DNA from: a virus
Taxonomy: Duplodnaviria > Caudoviricetes
Strand: one strand, 5' to 3'
DNA: 38,019 nt
IMG/VR virus record: IMGVR_UViG_3300032212_000072
Span: 1-38,019 of that record
In this document: positions 35,188 to 38,019 of the stretch, one piece after another
How the letters are laid out: each line of letters begins with the position of its first letter
How positions within the stretch are numbered: the stretch's first letter is position 1
Notes under the pieces: generated by a model
Told to the model about the DNA's origin: nothing
The model's input: the letters and a program-made list of their open reading frames with translations, nothing else
Database searches by the model: none
Made by a program: the position numbers and the translations under genes

Positions 35188-36222
35188 ATGAGTGAAGAGA
35201 GCACTGCCACAGAGCAGCCAGCTTCAGACAGTATTGACCAGGACATCGCTGACGCATTCGCGGAGATGGATGTGGAGGTTACTAATGAGGCTGATACCAC
35301 AGAGGCTATTGTCGAAGATACGTCTGCCGATATTGTCCCTGAAGAAACCGACGTGCCTGACGAGATTGCAGCGGAGGCCGAAGATACAGAGGCCACTGAA
35401 GTCACTGAGGATGTGGGGCTGACAGCCCCGGACCACTGGTCATCCGAGAATAAGACTCTATTTGAATCACAAACCCCTGAAGCGCAACAATTCTTGCTTG
35501 ACCGCCATAAAGAAATGGAGGCGGACTATACCCGAAAAACACAGGATATAGCCGAGGTTCGTAACGAGCTCGGACCGTATTGGGATAAGTTTTCAGCGCA
35601 GCGCGGCCATTTGCAGCGCCAAGGCATCAGCACATCACAATATCTTGAGAATTTAACTAATGCTGATTTGATGCTCAGTCGTGATCCTGTGGGTGGAATC
35701 AGGCAAATCGCGCAAGCCTACGGCGTTGACCTGTCAGACCCTTCATTTCTACAAGAACAAAGCGCGGTAGACCCGCAAGTTCAGACGCTTCAGCAAGAGC
35801 TTTCAGAGCTACGAAACACTATTACACAACGCGACCAGGCTGCTTACGAGACAAGCCTGAGCACGTTTCAAGAACAAATTAATTCATTTGCCACGAAAAC
35901 GACGGAAACCGGCGAAGCGGCTCATCCGTATTTTGAAGAGGTGATGAATGACATGGTAGTACTGGCCCAAGCCGAGCAGACGCAAGGCCGAACACCAGAG
36001 TTGTCAAAGTTGTACGAACAAGCTGTATGGGCTAACCCGACCACCCGCGCCAAGCAACTAGCTGCTGATAAAGCAGTCCAAGCTGCCGACGCTGAAAAGC
36101 GGGCCAGAGCGAAAGCGGCTAAGGCAAAAGAAGCAAGCTCCTCACTATCAGGTAGTCCTGACGTGTCTGGAGTCAATGCCTCACTGAGCCTGGAAGAGGA
36201 GCTATCCGCCAATTGGGGATAG
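35188..36222 (+). CDS. Capsid scaffolding protein
   Basis: Acidic N-terminus, EADYTRKTQ motif, coiled coil, directly upstream of the major capsid gene. Confidence 0.85.
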   Translation: MSEESTATEQPASDSIDQDIADAFAEMDVEVTNEADTTEAIVEDTSADIVPEETDVPDEIAAEAEDTEATEVTEDVGLTAPDHWSSENKTLFESQTPEAQQFLLDRHKEMEADYTRKTQDIAEVRNELGPYWDKFSAQRGHLQRQGISTSQYLENLTNADLMLSRDPVGGIRQIAQAYGVDLSDPSFLQEQSAVDPQVQTLQQELSELRNTITQRDQAAYETSLSTFQEQINSFATKTTETGEAAHPYFEEVMNDMVVLAQAEQTQGRTPELSKLYEQAVWANPTTRAKQLAADKAVQAADAEKRARAKAAKAKEASSSLSGSPDVSGVNASLSLEEELSANWG

Positions 36223-36250
36223 ACCGTTAAATTAGCAGAGGAGCCTAATC

Positions 36251-37222
36251 ATGGCATCACCAAACCTTAGTGAATTGGTGACGACTACCCTGCGAAATCG
36301 CTCCGGCAAGCTCGCAGATAACGTCACAAACAACAACGCACTGTTGTACAAGCTACAGCAACAGGGCCGCGTTAAACCCATCAGTGGTGGTCGTGTAATC
36401 ACCCAAGAACTCAGTTATGCAGAAAACGGCACTTACAAGCGCTATTCCGGTTATGAAACGCTGGATATCTCGCCTAGTGACGTAATGACCGCCGCTGAGT
36501 ACAACATTAAACAGGCAGCGGTTGCTGTTTCTATCTCAGGTCTGGAAGAACTTCAGAACTCGGGCAAGGAACAGATGATCGAATTGCTCTCGAGTCGTAT
36601 CGAAAACGCTGAAGACACTATGAAGAATAATATCAGTGGTGATATTTATTCAGACGGTACAGCGAACGGCGGTAAGCAGATTGGTGGCCTTCAGTCATTG
36701 GTTGCAGATGCGCCTTCAAGCGGTACGGTAGGCGGTATTGACCGTGCTACGTATAGTTTCTGGCAGAACTACGCCTATGATGCTAATACAGACGGCGGTG
36801 CAGCGGCGACTTCATCCAACATCCAAAAGTACATGAATCAGGTTTACCTGAATACATGCCGTGGTACGGATAAGGTTGATTTGATCGTAGCGGATAACAA
36901 CTACTTTAAGTTGTACCTGGAATCTATGCAGACCATCCAGCGTGTAACTAACGAGAAGATGGCATCCGCAGGCTTTATGAACCTGAAGTACATGAATGCA
37001 GATTGTGTATTCGACGGCGGTTATGGCGGCGATTGTCCGACTAACCACATGTATTTCTTGAACACGAAGCACCTGTTCTTCCGACCTCACCGTGACCGTA
37101 ACATGGTTCCATTGAACCCTGACCGTCACGCCACTAACCAGGATGCAATGGTTAAGTTGATCGGCTTTGCTGGCAACATGACTATGAATAACGCATTCTT
37201 ACAAGGAGTCCTGAAGGACTAA
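36251..37222 (+). CDS. Major capsid protein
   Basis: GAGGAG RBS, TTLRNRSGKLADNV N-terminus, VGGIDRA...FW.N motif. Confidence 0.9.
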   Translation: MASPNLSELVTTTLRNRSGKLADNVTNNNALLYKLQQQGRVKPISGGRVITQELSYAENGTYKRYSGYETLDISPSDVMTAAEYNIKQAAVAVSISGLEELQNSGKEQMIELLSSRIENAEDTMKNNISGDIYSDGTANGGKQIGGLQSLVADAPSSGTVGGIDRATYSFWQNYAYDANTDGGAAATSSNIQKYMNQVYLNTCRGTDKVDLIVADNNYFKLYLESMQTIQRVTNEKMASAGFMNLKYMNADCVFDGGYGGDCPTNHMYFLNTKHLFFRPHRDRNMVPLNPDRHATNQDAMVKLIGFAGNMTMNNAFLQGVLKD

Positions 37223-37233
37223 GGAGGCATATC

Positions 37234-37725
37234 ATGGCTTTTAAATTTACAGAAGGTCGTATCGGCCTTCAGGTAATCACTGAAACCTCGACTACTCAGC
37301 AGCACGAATTGGGTCTTATCTGCAAAGCGGATGATCCGACACTGGGTTCCGGCGAGTTCATTTATCTGAAGGGCGTGGCCTCAACAGTAGTTGGTTCTAT
37401 CGTTGATTATGATGTCAGCTTCCAGACTGCACTGCACACAACCGCATTAAATACGCCGTCAGCCGTTGCTGTGGCGATGTCGGCTAATGTTGCAGATCAG
37501 TACGGCTGGTATCAAATCAGCGGCCTGACCACGATGAACAAGTCTAGTGCCGTATCATTCGCAGCGGGCGCTGCAATGGCTGGCGGCTCCGGTCTTGCTA
37601 TCGCGGCGGTGTCCGGTCTTATCATGAACGCTGCACTGGTGGCGGCTGTGGCTTCTGCGAAGTCTACAACCCTGTCAGTCAAAGTAATGGTAAACCGTCC
37701 ACACGGCCCATCTGACGTCTCGTAA
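37234..37725 (+). CDS. Capsid decoration/cement protein
   Basis: AGGAGG RBS, Ala-rich 163 aa with GEFIYLKG and YGWYQISG, follows the major capsid gene. Confidence 0.65.
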   Translation: MAFKFTEGRIGLQVITETSTTQQHELGLICKADDPTLGSGEFIYLKGVASTVVGSIVDYDVSFQTALHTTALNTPSAVAVAMSANVADQYGWYQISGLTTMNKSSAVSFAAGAAMAGGSGLAIAAVSGLIMNAALVAAVASAKSTTLSVKVMVNRPHGPSDVS

Positions 37726-37747
37726 GGGCGTTTATTAGGATAAGTCA

Positions 37748-37772
37748 GGCGGGGGCAACCCCGCCAGATTTT
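37748..37772 (+). terminator. Intrinsic terminator after capsid genes
   Basis: GGCGGGG-GCAA-CCCCGCC followed by AGATTTT (imperfect U tract, so read-through is plausible). Confidence 0.6.
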
Positions 37773-37783
37773 AAGGATTATTT

Positions 37784-38019
37784 ATGACCGCACCGAAAAA
37801 TGAAATCGTCCAGACCATGTATCAAAACCCACATGCAACAAAGGGTTTAATGTTATCCATGTTGATTGTTAGCAACACCTCTGATGAAGATCTTGAAAGA
37901 AACATCAGGGCTAACTCATCGAAATACGATAACTGGATGCAGTTACAGGACGCTCATGATGGGGTTGCGGTTATGCTTGGCGGAGGTGCTTCGATTAATG
38001 ACAATATCGAGGATATCCG
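37784..38019 (+). CDS. 5' part of the DUF115-like/methyltransferase gene (continues into 1-1271)
   Basis: AAGGA RBS, ATG 37784, open and in frame with ORF 45-1271 across the repeat. Confidence 0.8.
   Translation, partial: MTAPKNEIVQTMYQNPHATKGLMLSMLIVSNTSDEDLERNIRANSSKYDNWMQLQDAHDGVAVMLGGGASINDNIEDI
37893..38019. repeat. Terminal direct repeat, copy 2
   Basis: Identical to 1-127. Confidence 0.95.

Noticed and set aside
744-37129. Numerous antisense and alternate-frame ORFs in the track (for example 5718-6230, 12905-13426, 13772-14320, 34615-35115)
   Set aside because: No RBS or recognisable motifs, and they shadow well-supported genes. Only 27771-28286 has both.
37893-38019. Terminal repeat as a biological direct terminal repeat or att site
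   Set aside because: Exactly 127 bp, a common assembler k-mer length, and it falls mid-gene. Best explained as circular assembly overlap.
1-38019. Stop-codon recoding or diversity-generating retroelement
   Set aside because: Genes pack densely under the standard code. No reverse transcriptase or TR/VR repeat pair was seen.

Overview
Essentially complete, circularly permuted dsDNA tailed-phage genome of about 37,892 bp. Bases 1-127 are repeated exactly at 37893-38019, most likely an assembly overlap. The organisation is lambdoid/P22-like podovirus. Divergent sigma70 promoters at about 17.8 kb drive a leftward early operon (small hypothetical genes and an ERF recombinase) and a rightward operon (Cro-like HTH, O-like replication initiator, DNA methyltransferase-like gene, NinB, DUF1364, resolvase-like nuclease). 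These are followed by terS/terL, portal, an inserted fibre/lectin-like block, scaffold, major capsid, decoration protein, a DUF115-like/methyltransferase fusion, adaptor, nozzle, three ejection proteins, tail fibre genes and an M15 peptidase lysis module. No integrase or CI repressor is recognisable. The two most striking observations: (1) TerL carries a 265-aa intein whose HNH endonuclease is not fused in frame but is a separate overprinted gene with its own RBS in another reading frame; (2) two tRNA-shaped RNAs, one on each early transcript, share an identical non-canonical 8-nt anticodon loop (UACGACUG) with compensatory stem changes. All family assignments come from motif recognition by eye, not database searches.
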